A stretch of 64,000 bases of DNA from Candidatus Hydrogenedentota bacterium (GTDB lineage Bacteria > Hydrogenedentota > Hydrogenedentia > Hydrogenedentales > SLHB01). Below, piece after piece: positions 1 to 9,086 of the stretch. Positions within the stretch are counted from its first letter, which is position 1, and every line of letters starts with the position of its first letter. The stretch spans positions 96,001 to 160,000 of the forward strand of contig CAVUWV010000008.1 in assembly GCA_963745075.1 (NCBI GenBank), given 5' to 3'. Under the pieces are notes generated by a model that saw only the letters and a program-made list of their open reading frames with translations, was not told where the DNA came from and made no database searches. The translations under genes were made by a program, and so were the position numbers.

Positions 1-2
1 TG

Positions 3-698
3 CCTATCGAGTACGCCAATACGGGCGACTTGATGAACGTGCTCCAGTTGTTCGGTGTCCAAGTCATCCCGATTGACAAGCCCAAGGCCGTGGCGCTGTC
101 CGGCGCCGAAAGCGCAGTGGAACTGGCGGAAGACGCCGTGAGACAGTTGGACGTTCCGCCGCCGCCGGTGAAGAACGTGGAAGTGATCGTGTATCTGATC
201 GTTGCCACCAAAGGGGGAGATATACCGGAGGGGTTTGAGCCTTGTGGACCGCAGTTGGAGCCCGTGATGGAGCAGCTCCGGAGTGTTTTTGGGTTCGAGC
301 AATTTGGGTTGATTGACACGCTGTTGATGCGCGGGCGTGATGGAAGCAGCGTGGAAGCGTCGGGGTTCTTGCCGCTGGTAGCCGGTGACGCGTCTGGTGC
401 GGAAGATCCGTCCAACTACCAGGTCGAAGTTCGTGAACTCCGCGTGCAGTCCGCGCCCGATAGGCCAGCCCGATTCAGCCTGAATGGGTTCACGTTTGGC
501 ACGGATGTGCCCTTCTCGGCGGGCACGCAGCGAGGGCCCAACGGTCAAGTCTTCAGACAGGTCCAGCGGCGGAACGTGGGCATCAGTGCGGATCTGGATG
601 TGCAAGAGAGCCAAATGGCCGTCGTGGGGAAGGCGAATCTGTCGGCGCAGGGGGATGTGGTGTTTGTCGTGGTTACCGCGCATGTGGTGCCGGAGTGA
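3..698 (+). CDS. 5'-truncated hypothetical protein with a secretin-N/NolW-like segment
   Basis: Frame is open from the window edge (PIEYANTGDLMNVLQLFG...AVALSGAESAVELAEDAVRQLDVP), resembling a NolW-like repeat, followed by a beta-rich C-terminus. Confidence 0.45.
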   Translation, partial: PIEYANTGDLMNVLQLFGVQVIPIDKPKAVALSGAESAVELAEDAVRQLDVPPPPVKNVEVIVYLIVATKGGDIPEGFEPCGPQLEPVMEQLRSVFGFEQFGLIDTLLMRGRDGSSVEASGFLPLVAGDASGAEDPSNYQVEVRELRVQSAPDRPARFSLNGFTFGTDVPFSAGTQRGPNGQVFRQVQRRNVGISADLDVQESQMAVVGKANLSAQGDVVFVVVTAHVVPE

Positions 699-710
699 TT
701 GGGGGGACTT

Positions 711-738
711 ACACGGACGGACACGGACTTACACGGAC
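711..738. repeat. Short ACACGGAC tandem repeat (also at ~41018-41038 and ~54922-54950)
   Basis: acacggacgg-acacggactt-acacggac; related units lie in two other intergenic gaps. Confidence 0.6.
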
Positions 739-768
739 AGGTGCGAGGGAATGACGTGCCGGCAGTGT

Positions 769-2616
769 TCAGGTTTCTGGTGACGCGAAGTAGGGTTGCG
801 CTTCGACGAAGTTGATCATGAGTTCCTGCCCTGCGGGGGCGCCGGGTTCGTCGGGACGGGCCCAGTCGGAGATATGCAGGGTGGCTTCGTCGCTCGTGGC
901 TCGGAAAACGATGCGGTGCAGGTTGAACCAAGCCGGGTGTTGGCTGTCGAAGGGCAGGTTGGACGGCGACGAATTCCGGCTGCTGACCTGGCCGACGAAG
1001 GTCTTGTCCGGGATGGTCTCGGCCCCTTCGACCGTCACGGACGTGGGTAGCAGCTTCTTCTCCGACGCGCCGAGGGTAATGTCCTCGAAGTTAGCGGCCA
1101 TGAGTTTCACGGAATACAGTTTTCCGGGTTCGAGGCCTTTCATGGTTTGACTGACCACGTTTGGTTTATCGGCCTGGCTGCGCATCCAGAGGAAGGTGTT
1201 GCCTGCGGGTTCATCGGGAAACTCGGCGCGGTGCCAGTAGCGTCCCTCGAGACGGCCAAAGCGTTCCATGTAATCCGTGCGGACGGAATCCGGCGTCGCC
1301 GCGTCGACCGTCCACCCCTCCAGTCCGTCGGCGAAGTCGGCGTTGGCAATGAGGCCGGGGAAATACCGGTAGCCCAGAGACTCGGACAACAGGTTCGTGT
1401 TGCCCTCAATGGCGTAATGTCGGAATAGCCGGGACATCCAGCGCAGCGTCTCCTCGTCGGCGGAGGCCGAATTCCACCAGTGGAGGCCGAACAGGCCTTC
1501 GAACGCCGGGTTCGTGGCGAGGTACTGCATCTGCATGTCCATCCAAACCTTGTAATCCACCTCCGGTTGCACGTCGAGGCTCAGGCCGGTGGTGAACAAC
1601 CCGGACACCAGCACCATCTGCTTCTGGCAGTCCGGGAACGTGGCGCGCCACTTCTCCATTTCTTGGCCGAGATGGGAATCGAGCAGGGCGTTGGCGCCTT
1701 CGAGGGTGGGCATTTCATGGAGATACCGTTCCCAGGCCATGTAATAGCCGGCGTCCAGGACCGTGCGGACCAGCTCCCGCGTCTGCGGACGGCTGTACAT
1801 TCCCGGCCCGCCGCAGTAGCCGTAGAAGGCCTTGCCTTTCAGCGCCGGATCCTCACCCAGCCTCCGCATCGCTTCGGTCCACGCGGGATACCATGCGTTT
1901 TGCCGGCCCTGGAACTCGTCGGCAATGAGCCCCGACAGCCGGGGATCGGTAAAGCCGATGTTGTTGCGCCAATACTCGAAGGCCTTGTCCGCCGTCAGCC
2001 CTTGGTCGTGCGGCAAACTACCATAGGCGATCCACTTGCCGCCCCGCTCGATCCAGGGCGCGATATGCGCGTCGGATTCCTCGCCCGGATTTCCAACCAT
2101 CGTATTCACGTTGGGAAGCACGTACTCGCTCAAGTAATCCCAGTCGTAGTCGCCGTATTGCTCCACAACGGGGTCGGCCGGAAACCGGCAATAGTGGAGT
2201 TCCGGGATGGCGCGCACGGTGACGGATTCGATTTCCTTCGCGCTAACCGCTTGCACGGTAATCGTGTGGCTTCCGGACGGGAGATACCACATGCCTTCCG
2301 TCCGTCCCCTGCGATAGGAGCGGGCGGGAACGCGAGGTGGGCGCCGTTGTGGGGTGTCGAGGGCGACCGGCAGCGCTTTCTCGGAGGATATCGACACGAA
2401 GACCCAACTGTTGCGCGGGTTCGAGAACGTGAATTGCACGCCGCCGCTTGGATCGGTTGTCTGCGAATAGGGGAGATCCCAGACGAAGTTATTGCGTTGG
2501 ACCGGCGGTTCAGCGCCAGCGGACCAGCCCATGGCGACCAGCAAACCCACCACAGAGGCCGCCTGAATCCGCCGGCCAGAAAGACGATTCCGCATCTCGA
2601 TTCGTAATTCCCGCAC
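769..2616 (-). CDS. Secreted hypothetical protein, possibly carbohydrate-active (catalytic region plus C-terminal CBM-like domain)
   Basis: 615-aa ORF, GGAG before GTG start, N-terminal signal peptide, 'IANADFADGLEGWTV' CBM4/9-like motif. Confidence 0.55.
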   Translation of the reverse strand: MRELRIEMRNRLSGRRIQAASVVGLLVAMGWSAGAEPPVQRNNFVWDLPYSQTTDPSGGVQFTFSNPRNSWVFVSISSEKALPVALDTPQRRPPRVPARSYRRGRTEGMWYLPSGSHTITVQAVSAKEIESVTVRAIPELHYCRFPADPVVEQYGDYDWDYLSEYVLPNVNTMVGNPGEESDAHIAPWIERGGKWIAYGSLPHDQGLTADKAFEYWRNNIGFTDPRLSGLIADEFQGRQNAWYPAWTEAMRRLGEDPALKGKAFYGYCGGPGMYSRPQTRELVRTVLDAGYYMAWERYLHEMPTLEGANALLDSHLGQEMEKWRATFPDCQKQMVLVSGLFTTGLSLDVQPEVDYKVWMDMQMQYLATNPAFEGLFGLHWWNSASADEETLRWMSRLFRHYAIEGNTNLLSESLGYRYFPGLIANADFADGLEGWTVDAATPDSVRTDYMERFGRLEGRYWHRAEFPDEPAGNTFLWMRSQADKPNVVSQTMKGLEPGKLYSVKLMAANFEDITLGASEKKLLPTSVTVEGAETIPDKTFVGQVSSRNSSPSNLPFDSQHPAWFNLHRIVFRATSDEATLHISDWARPDEPGAPAGQELMINFVEAQPYFASPET

Positions 2617-2819
2617 TTTACTCCGCCTCCAGTTTGATCATCGGTCCGCAAACGTGCTCCGCCGTGCGGAGGCTAGCTTATCGCGGCCCGGGTCATTGGG
2701 GCAACTGGGGAGCGCTTTGCGCGTTTGCCGCGGTGCAATGCGAGGGGGGTAAGGGTAGGTTGTGCGGGGCTTTAGTGGGCACAAGATGAAGTGCGATATT
2801 CGAGCAAACGGTGCTTAAT

Positions 2820-2866
2820 ATTCAATACGTAGTATATGATATTTGACAAACATCTACATGTTGTGT
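2820..2866. promoter_or_regulatory. Tandem NrdR-box-like palindromes
   Basis: attCaAtAcgTaGtat (2820-2835) and catCtAcATgTtGtgt (2851-2866), 31 bp apart, versus consensus acaCwAtATaTwGtgt. Confidence 0.35.
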
Positions 2867-2871
2867 AGTAG
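2843..2871 (+). promoter_or_regulatory. Putative sigma-70 promoter
   Basis: Perfect TTGACA at 2843-2848, 17-nt spacer, weak -10 (TAGTAG) in AT-rich intergenic DNA. Confidence 0.4.
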
Positions 2872-2914
2872 AGCTTCTACAAGAAAAGGTGCAGGGGGGG
2901 ATGTCGTGAATCCC

Positions 2915-2982
2915 GGCACAAAACGGTAGTCGGGTGACAATTTTTGTCGCGACAAAAAGGGGCACTGACCACCAGCCTTGCC
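2915..2982 (+). ncRNA. Candidate structured 5'-leader RNA
   Basis: Nested pairings GGCA/TGCC, GGT/ACC, GTCGGGTG/CACTGAC and an inner perfect palindrome TTTTTGTCGCGACAAAAA. Confidence 0.35.
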
Positions 2983-3207
2983 ACTTCTTCGTAGCTGCGG
3001 ACCGGAGGCCTTAGCGTTATGTTACTGGGAATAAAGGATTGCGTATAAGCCGTGAAACCCGTATATCCTGCATTTGATGCGATTGATATTATTGGCATGA
3101 ACCTTTCATATCCTTCGCTCGGTTGGCGAGGTGCTCGATGGTCGCCAACCGACGGAGCCCGGAGCGCTCCGTCGAGCGAATTGAAAACGAATTGGGGATG
3201 GGAAAAA

Positions 3208-6200
3208 ATGCAACATCGCAAAGCACATCAGTTACTTATCGCCGCGCTCTTGCTTGCGTTATTGATTCCGGTCACGCTTGCCGAAGTGACCGGAATCGCC
3301 AGTGAATTACCAGCGACGGGGAGCCAGAATCTTGACGGATCGACGGTCGGAACGGCAGTTGCCAATACACCGACCGTCGTGCACGTCACCGACGACATAG
3401 TTCAACCGGTCACGAAGCGACTGGGGGTCAATATCGGCGGTCCCGAGCCGTGGGGCGCGTCGCAGTATCTGAAGAACATCGTTCACAACCCCGGATTCGA
3501 ATCGGGTGAATACGGGACCATGTTTCACGTGGGGCCCGGTTCGACCGACGGCCGGGTGGTCCAGGACTTCTGGTACACGGAATGGAACAACGACCTGTAC
3601 GGGATTGGGCAGCCGGAAGGATTCTGGAACGGCGCAGAGTACGAGTTTGTGTATGGTCCTGAAAAGGGCCGGACCGGCGTCGTCACCAACTTCACGAATG
3701 AAGACAATCGCAATACCTGGTACCTCTCCCCCGAGGGCAACGACCCGAACCAGTGGGACGTCATTATCGCCCGAAAGCAATTCAGCCATAGCTTTGGGAC
3801 TCCGGACGCATCGCCGAAGGCGGATGTCAACTCGATACGTCCCGGCAGCCCGGGTAAACAGTCCTTCCATGCCGTATTTCCGGGTGCCGATTGGCAGCCG
3901 GTCTGGGCGACCTACTTTGATTCCTATTGGCGTGACGGCGATCAGTCTTGCGGCAAGCTTCTCAAGGTGGAGGGAACCTGGAAGCTCGAGTTTTGGGCAA
4001 AGGGAAAGCGGAACGGGGATCAAATGAAAGTCCGTTTTTTCCGGGAAGGGGAAACGGATTTCATCACGCACACGGTTATGCTGACCAATACGTGGCAGCA
4101 CTACGAGGTGACCTCCACCGTTTCGGATACTGCGGACCGGATGGGTCCGTACGGAGCGAGCGATTATCATCCGATTCTTTCGCTGGCATTTTACGTCCTG
4201 AACGAGGGTGGCGAGCTTTGGCTGGATGACTGCATGCTGTACAAAGACGGCCAGACGAACCCGACCGTGTTCACGGACACCTTCGTGAACCGGCTGAAGG
4301 AACTCCGGCCGGGCGTACTGCGTGATTGGCGTGTCCAGTGCGGCGCTTCTCTGGATAACGAGTTGTCCGTACCGTTCGCGCGGAAACTGACGGGGTACCG
4401 TCCTCAACAGCGGGCGTCCGACATCTACGGGTATTCGCTCCACGAATTCCTGGAGCTTTGCAAAGAAGTCAATGCTGAACCTTGGTACGTGATTTCTCCG
4501 ACGTTTTCCCAGGAAGACCTGCGCAATCTGGCCGCGTACCTGGCCGCTCCGGTCAGTTCCGGACACCCTTACGCGATACTCCGGCAAAACCTCGGCCAGT
4601 CCGAACCGTGGACGACAGTCTTCCAAAAAATACATCTCGAATACGGAAACGAGATGTGGGGCGCCGCGTCGGGTGGTGACCCATTCTTTGGAGCCTCTGC
4701 CCTTGGCGGTGTGCGCCTGGGCACAATCGCCCACGACCGGTTTGGATTCATCAAGGCAAGCCCGTATTTTGATGCAAATCGCTTCGACTTCATCATCGGC
4801 GGACAATCTGCGTTCCCGGGTCGGCAAGGTGAAATCGAGGCCAATAGTTCCAACCACGACAGCATCGCCCTTGCTCCATACTTTGGAATTCTCAACGATC
4901 GGTCCGATGACGCCAGCAAGTACTATCCGATGTTCGCCTTGTCGTTGAACGGTTTTAACGGAATCGTCGCGCAAAGCCAGCCCTACTTGGATGCTTCCGG
5001 CCAAGGTACCGAGTTGTCGATTTACGAAATCAACCTTCACTTGACCTGGGGCGACTCACCGCTTGCTGAGCGCAATGGGTTCGTGGCGAGCTTGGGCGCC
5101 GGCCTTTCATTGCCATTGAGCATGTTGTCATATCAGCGGGACTTGGGCATCAACAACCAATGCGCCTTCACGGCGGTCGGTTATTCCTTCCGATTTGGCG
5201 CTGCGCCCGAAGACTACGTTCGGTTGTGGGGCATGATGCGAGATCTCGAAGGCACAGGCCGCAAGCGGCCGACGTGGCTGGGAGTCGAACTCGCGAACAA
5301 GGCGATTCAAGGCAGCATGATCACGAGCGTGCAGGAAGGCGACGTGCCGACGGCGCCGCTTCCCGCGGTGAACGGCGTGACGGAAGCTGGCACCCTTCCT
5401 CTGATCCAATCCTTTGCCTATAAGGGAGGTGCGGAATACAGTCTGGTACTATTCAACCTGGACCTGACGCAAAGCCACGACGTAACGCTGAGTCTTCCGA
5501 ACGATCCCGAGCCGGGCGCGACAATTTCGACGCTGACGGCTGACGACATCAATGCGACCAATGAAGACGCGTTGAACGTGACGACGTCGGAAACCTTCAT
5601 TCCCGACTTTGCCAATCAGTACACCCTGACGCTCCCGGCGCACTCCATGTCGACGCTGACATGGAATGGCACTTCCGGCATTACCGTAACGCCGGACCCG
5701 CTGGACTTCGGCAACACGACCGTCCACGGGAAGAGTCAGAAAGACGTGCACGTCAAGAACAACGGCAAGAAGAAGAGTGGCATCACGCTGTTGAGCTTTG
5801 CCCCGGTCTCGGGCGACGTCAACGACTTCCGCGTCAGTTCGAACCTTCCGGCGCAGGTCCTCATGGCGGGTCAGCAGGTTGCGATCACAGTCGAGTTCCG
5901 GCCGACCTCCGCCGGGCCCAAGTCGGCCGTTTTCGAAGTGAAGTGTGACGACTCCCAAGCGCCCTGCAAACAGATCGTGGTGACGGGTCGCGCGCTGCCC
6001 GATGCGGACGGCGACGGAGAACCGGATTCCACCGACGCGTTCCCGAACAATCCGAATGAAACGCTGGACACGGACAACGACGGATTGGGCGACAATTTCG
6101 AACAGGAGATTATCCACCACGCCCAGACGGACGGCGACCCATTGAACGATTGGATCGTATCGCTGGCCAACGTCAAGCCGGGCGAGGATTTCGACGGCGA

Positions 6201-6360
6201 CGGCAGCGCCAACGTGACCGAATTTCTTTACGGCGCGAGTGGATCGGCGCTTGACCCGAGTAAGAGCGTTCCGCTGGGCGGCGCCTGGTTCCTGGTTTCG
6301 ATGATGATCGTGATGGCGTTCCTGATGCGCCGCACCTATCAATACGTCTACGTACGGTGA
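3208..6360 (+). CDS. Secreted GH51-like (clan GH-A) glycoside hydrolase with Ig-like (choice-of-anchor D-type) domain, Ca-binding repeats and C-terminal sorting/TM tail
   Basis: Signal peptide from ATG 3208; 'YGNEMWG' acid/base-like and 'IYEINL' nucleophile-like motifs; 'PDPLDFGNT...VEFRPTSAGPKSA'; DxDGDG repeats; ends 'SVPLGGAWFLVSMMIVMAFLMRR'. Confidence 0.6.
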   Translation: MQHRKAHQLLIAALLLALLIPVTLAEVTGIASELPATGSQNLDGSTVGTAVANTPTVVHVTDDIVQPVTKRLGVNIGGPEPWGASQYLKNIVHNPGFESGEYGTMFHVGPGSTDGRVVQDFWYTEWNNDLYGIGQPEGFWNGAEYEFVYGPEKGRTGVVTNFTNEDNRNTWYLSPEGNDPNQWDVIIARKQFSHSFGTPDASPKADVNSIRPGSPGKQSFHAVFPGADWQPVWATYFDSYWRDGDQSCGKLLKVEGTWKLEFWAKGKRNGDQMKVRFFREGETDFITHTVMLTNTWQHYEVTSTVSDTADRMGPYGASDYHPILSLAFYVLNEGGELWLDDCMLYKDGQTNPTVFTDTFVNRLKELRPGVLRDWRVQCGASLDNELSVPFARKLTGYRPQQRASDIYGYSLHEFLELCKEVNAEPWYVISPTFSQEDLRNLAAYLAAPVSSGHPYAILRQNLGQSEPWTTVFQKIHLEYGNEMWGAASGGDPFFGASALGGVRLGTIAHDRFGFIKASPYFDANRFDFIIGGQSAFPGRQGEIEANSSNHDSIALAPYFGILNDRSDDASKYYPMFALSLNGFNGIVAQSQPYLDASGQGTELSIYEINLHLTWGDSPLAERNGFVASLGAGLSLPLSMLSYQRDLGINNQCAFTAVGYSFRFGAAPEDYVRLWGMMRDLEGTGRKRPTWLGVELANKAIQGSMITSVQEGDVPTAPLPAVNGVTEAGTLPLIQSFAYKGGAEYSLVLFNLDLTQSHDVTLSLPNDPEPGATISTLTADDINATNEDALNVTTSETFIPDFANQYTLTLPAHSMSTLTWNGTSGITVTPDPLDFGNTTVHGKSQKDVHVKNNGKKKSGITLLSFAPVSGDVNDFRVSSNLPAQVLMAGQQVAITVEFRPTSAGPKSAVFEVKCDDSQAPCKQIVVTGRALPDADGDGEPDSTDAFPNNPNETLDTDNDGLGDNFEQEIIHHAQTDGDPLNDWIVSLANVKPGEDFDGDGSANVTEFLYGASGSALDPSKSVPLGGAWFLVSMMIVMAFLMRRTYQYVYVR

Positions 6361-6752
6361 TTAGAATCATCAAGAAAGGGGTGCGATTGGTAGTTTGGTG
6401 AATCGCGAGTCGGCTGATACAAGAAGGAGTTCTTACGTGCAGTGGTGAAAGGGCATTGCAGTAAGGGACAAGCTGCAAAACCGGCCCACGTCAACGCTGT
6501 GGACAGAAAAGTGAGACAAAGCATAAAGAACTGTGCAGATCTTAACCGTGGGTTGCGCAGGAGAAGTAAACCGAAGCGCGACCTGCAGAGTGGTTCTTCC
6601 CTCATGGTCCGCCAAGAACTTTGGCCTACTACCTGCTGCTTAACGGCGCCGAGCACGATTCCGGCTCAGAACCCGCTGAGCTACAGCACACGCAAGTGTC
6701 ATCACGCGGGCCATGGTGCGGACCGAGGACACGCCAACGCCCCCCACTAAAC

Positions 6753-7652
6753 CTAAGTATTCAAACCCGTCATCCTGCGAATGCGATTCACTATGCGGTA
6801 GGGCAACGGCCGCTTGTACGGTCGTATGCGTGTTCTTTGAATCAAGTCGAGTCCTTCCTCCATGGGAAGACGTTCAAAATCGGTGAGCACTGCGTCGATT
6901 TGTTGTTTATAGAAATCGCGTTTGCTGATGCCGAAATACGGATCGATCCAAGAACCCCAATAGTGCTCGATGTAAGGTGAAGACGATATTACCCGTGTTC
7001 GCTGACACAGGACCGCGGAGAAAGCGAACTGCTCCATGATGAAATAGTGGACGCGGGACAACATGGAGTTCAGTACGCGAAGGGCCAATTCGACGAGGTG
7101 CCGGTCCGCATGGTGAACGCCGACGGTCCCAGCTATATGCATGAAGGCTTCGCGCTCGGACAGGGCCAAGCAATGGCCGTCGTCCAGGGGAATCCGGAGG
7201 TCCGGAAATCCTTCCCGAAATTGTTCAGCGAACTCGGCATAGCGTGGATCATGAAACACGTAGCCGTCGTTTCGGTCCATAACAGATACGCCGGGCTCAA
7301 TCTGCAAGAGCAAAGGGTCAAGAGCGGTTTTCACGAATGTGTCCGAGTCGAAGAGAATGCAAGGGGCCTCATAACGCTCCAGCGCATCCGTGAGTACGAA
7401 AAATTTGACCCGGTAAATGAAATTGTCGGGGCCGGTCCACGCGGCAAGCTGTTCGGCGGTTACATGGTGAAGGTCCAACGGATAGCCGTCGAAATACTCT
7501 GGATGGTCGGTATACACGGCGACCCGGTAATCGCAGTGCGAGTGTTTCCGCCACGCCAGGGCAGTCAGCACACTGAATTGTGCTTCCCGCAGCCAGCGAT
7601 GTCCCCCATAGGCGGACCAAACCAGTACCGGCGAATTGACACGCGTTGCCAT
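6753..7652 (-). CDS. Putative nucleotide-diphospho-sugar transferase-like protein
   Basis: 'VAVYTDHPEYF...RVKFFVL...ILFDSDTF' GT-A-like DxD context; lies in a glycan-related run. Confidence 0.5.
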   Translation of the reverse strand: MATRVNSPVLVWSAYGGHRWLREAQFSVLTALAWRKHSHCDYRVAVYTDHPEYFDGYPLDLHHVTAEQLAAWTGPDNFIYRVKFFVLTDALERYEAPCILFDSDTFVKTALDPLLLQIEPGVSVMDRNDGYVFHDPRYAEFAEQFREGFPDLRIPLDDGHCLALSEREAFMHIAGTVGVHHADRHLVELALRVLNSMLSRVHYFIMEQFAFSAVLCQRTRVISSSPYIEHYWGSWIDPYFGISKRDFYKQQIDAVLTDFERLPMEEGLDLIQRTRIRPYKRPLPYRIVNRIRRMTGLNT

Positions 7653-7867
7653 TTCCAAGACCCCTGCCCCCGGGCAACTGTCAACCCGGATTTCGCTTAA
7701 TGTTTGGGACGTTTCCGGTGTAGGGTAGCACAGAAGAACCGCGCGTGAAACAGATCGATTGAGCGCGGTAAGGATTACCCAGCACAAAATCCGAAACAAG
7801 TGCCAACATCCCAAATGGGAAATGACCAAAACCGGTGTAAGCGCCCGGGCCGCGACGAGTCACCCGT

Positions 7868-9082
7868 TTATCGGGAATGTGGCTGATCGGGCCGCCAATG
7901 CGGCCACATGGCTCCCCACCCTTCAGCAACGTGCGTGATTTGGTGCGCTTCGCCGCCGTCGGATGGGGTTATATAAAGTTGGCGGGTACCCGATTCGTTG
8001 GATCCATAGATCAGGAAGGGTCCGTCTGGGCAGGGCGACGGATGGTACACGCTCGCGCCGGGTGGTGAATGGGTCAGTTGTTCGCTCGTACCGTCCAGGG
8101 AAACCCGCATCAACTCAACGCGGTCGCCGACCGCCGCGGTGTAATAGACCCATCGCCCATCCTTGCTCCAGACCGGGACGTCGCTGCTTCCGCCGTGAAA
8201 ATCGTCAACGTCGAGGAACGGTACAACCCCGCGATACCCGTTTCGATCCGCCAACTTTTTGAGGCCGCTTCCATCGGGCCGGACGAGGTAGGGGTGGCAG
8301 TTGTAATGTTCTCCGGAAACGAACAGCAACCAGGAACCGTCCGGCGACCACTGGGGCACAAAGTTAAACGGGTTGCCGGTTTCGATATGTAGCGGGTTTG
8401 ATCCGTCCGCCGCTGCGACGTAGACTTGGTAATCCTTGTGGTAGGCGATCTGCGTTCCGTCCGGAGACGCGCTGTAGCCGTAAGCGAATCCTTCCGGCCC
8501 GGAACTGACATCGCGTTTGTTCTTGCCGTCACGGTCCATGACGTAGGGATGGGAGATTCCGTCGATCAAGGCTTGGAATCCGAGTTTCCCCTCGTCACCG
8601 GGAAAGAAGAAGAGGCCGGTATTGTACTCGCTGACGCGCTCGACCGCGGTCAGGTTTTCGATAGCGCCGGTCTCCACATCGACGAGAAACATGTCGTAGC
8701 GCCAGCCCTCGGTCATCCGGAAAGCGCGATGCTCTTCCTCCCACGCTGCGTTCTCCGGGCTCTCCCAACCGGACCCGACAATCGCGTATCGCCCGTCGGG
8801 GGACCAGCCTGCGAACTGAGTCCAAGCGTCCGCGTCGCGAACGAGTTCTTCGGCGAGCACGCGCAGGCCGCTACCATCGGCGTGGACCACGCAGGCGCGC
8901 ATCGTGCGAACGTTGGCATGGCGTCCTTCGGGAAGATTGGTGCGAAATTCCGTGTAGCCAATCGGGATTCCGTTGATTTCCGTCCAATCGGCCGGCCCGT
9001 CATCGGCCAGGGAAAGAACGGGCAGGACGAGAAGCCCGATTGCGAGGACAAGTTCGATGCGGCTTTGGACGGTGCGCATCAT
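7868..9082 (-). CDS. TolB-like beta-propeller (PD40 repeat) secreted protein
   Basis: Signal peptide; repeated WSPDG/SPDG/WSKDG motifs. Confidence 0.75.
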   Translation of the reverse strand: MMRTVQSRIELVLAIGLLVLPVLSLADDGPADWTEINGIPIGYTEFRTNLPEGRHANVRTMRACVVHADGSGLRVLAEELVRDADAWTQFAGWSPDGRYAIVGSGWESPENAAWEEEHRAFRMTEGWRYDMFLVDVETGAIENLTAVERVSEYNTGLFFFPGDEGKLGFQALIDGISHPYVMDRDGKNKRDVSSGPEGFAYGYSASPDGTQIAYHKDYQVYVAAADGSNPLHIETGNPFNFVPQWSPDGSWLLFVSGEHYNCHPYLVRPDGSGLKKLADRNGYRGVVPFLDVDDFHGGSSDVPVWSKDGRWVYYTAAVGDRVELMRVSLDGTSEQLTHSPPGASVYHPSPCPDGPFLIYGSNESGTRQLYITPSDGGEAHQITHVAEGWGAMWPHWRPDQPHSR

Positions 9083-9086
9083 AGAA

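Noticed and set aside
2903..2985. c-di-GMP-I (GEMM) or c-di-AMP riboswitch
   Set aside because: Lacks the GNRA tetraloop/receptor and the characteristic conserved segments; kept only as an unnamed candidate
6361..6752. Small ORFs or ncRNA in the convergent gap after the GH gene
   Set aside because: No convincing RBS, motif or stable structure identified by eye
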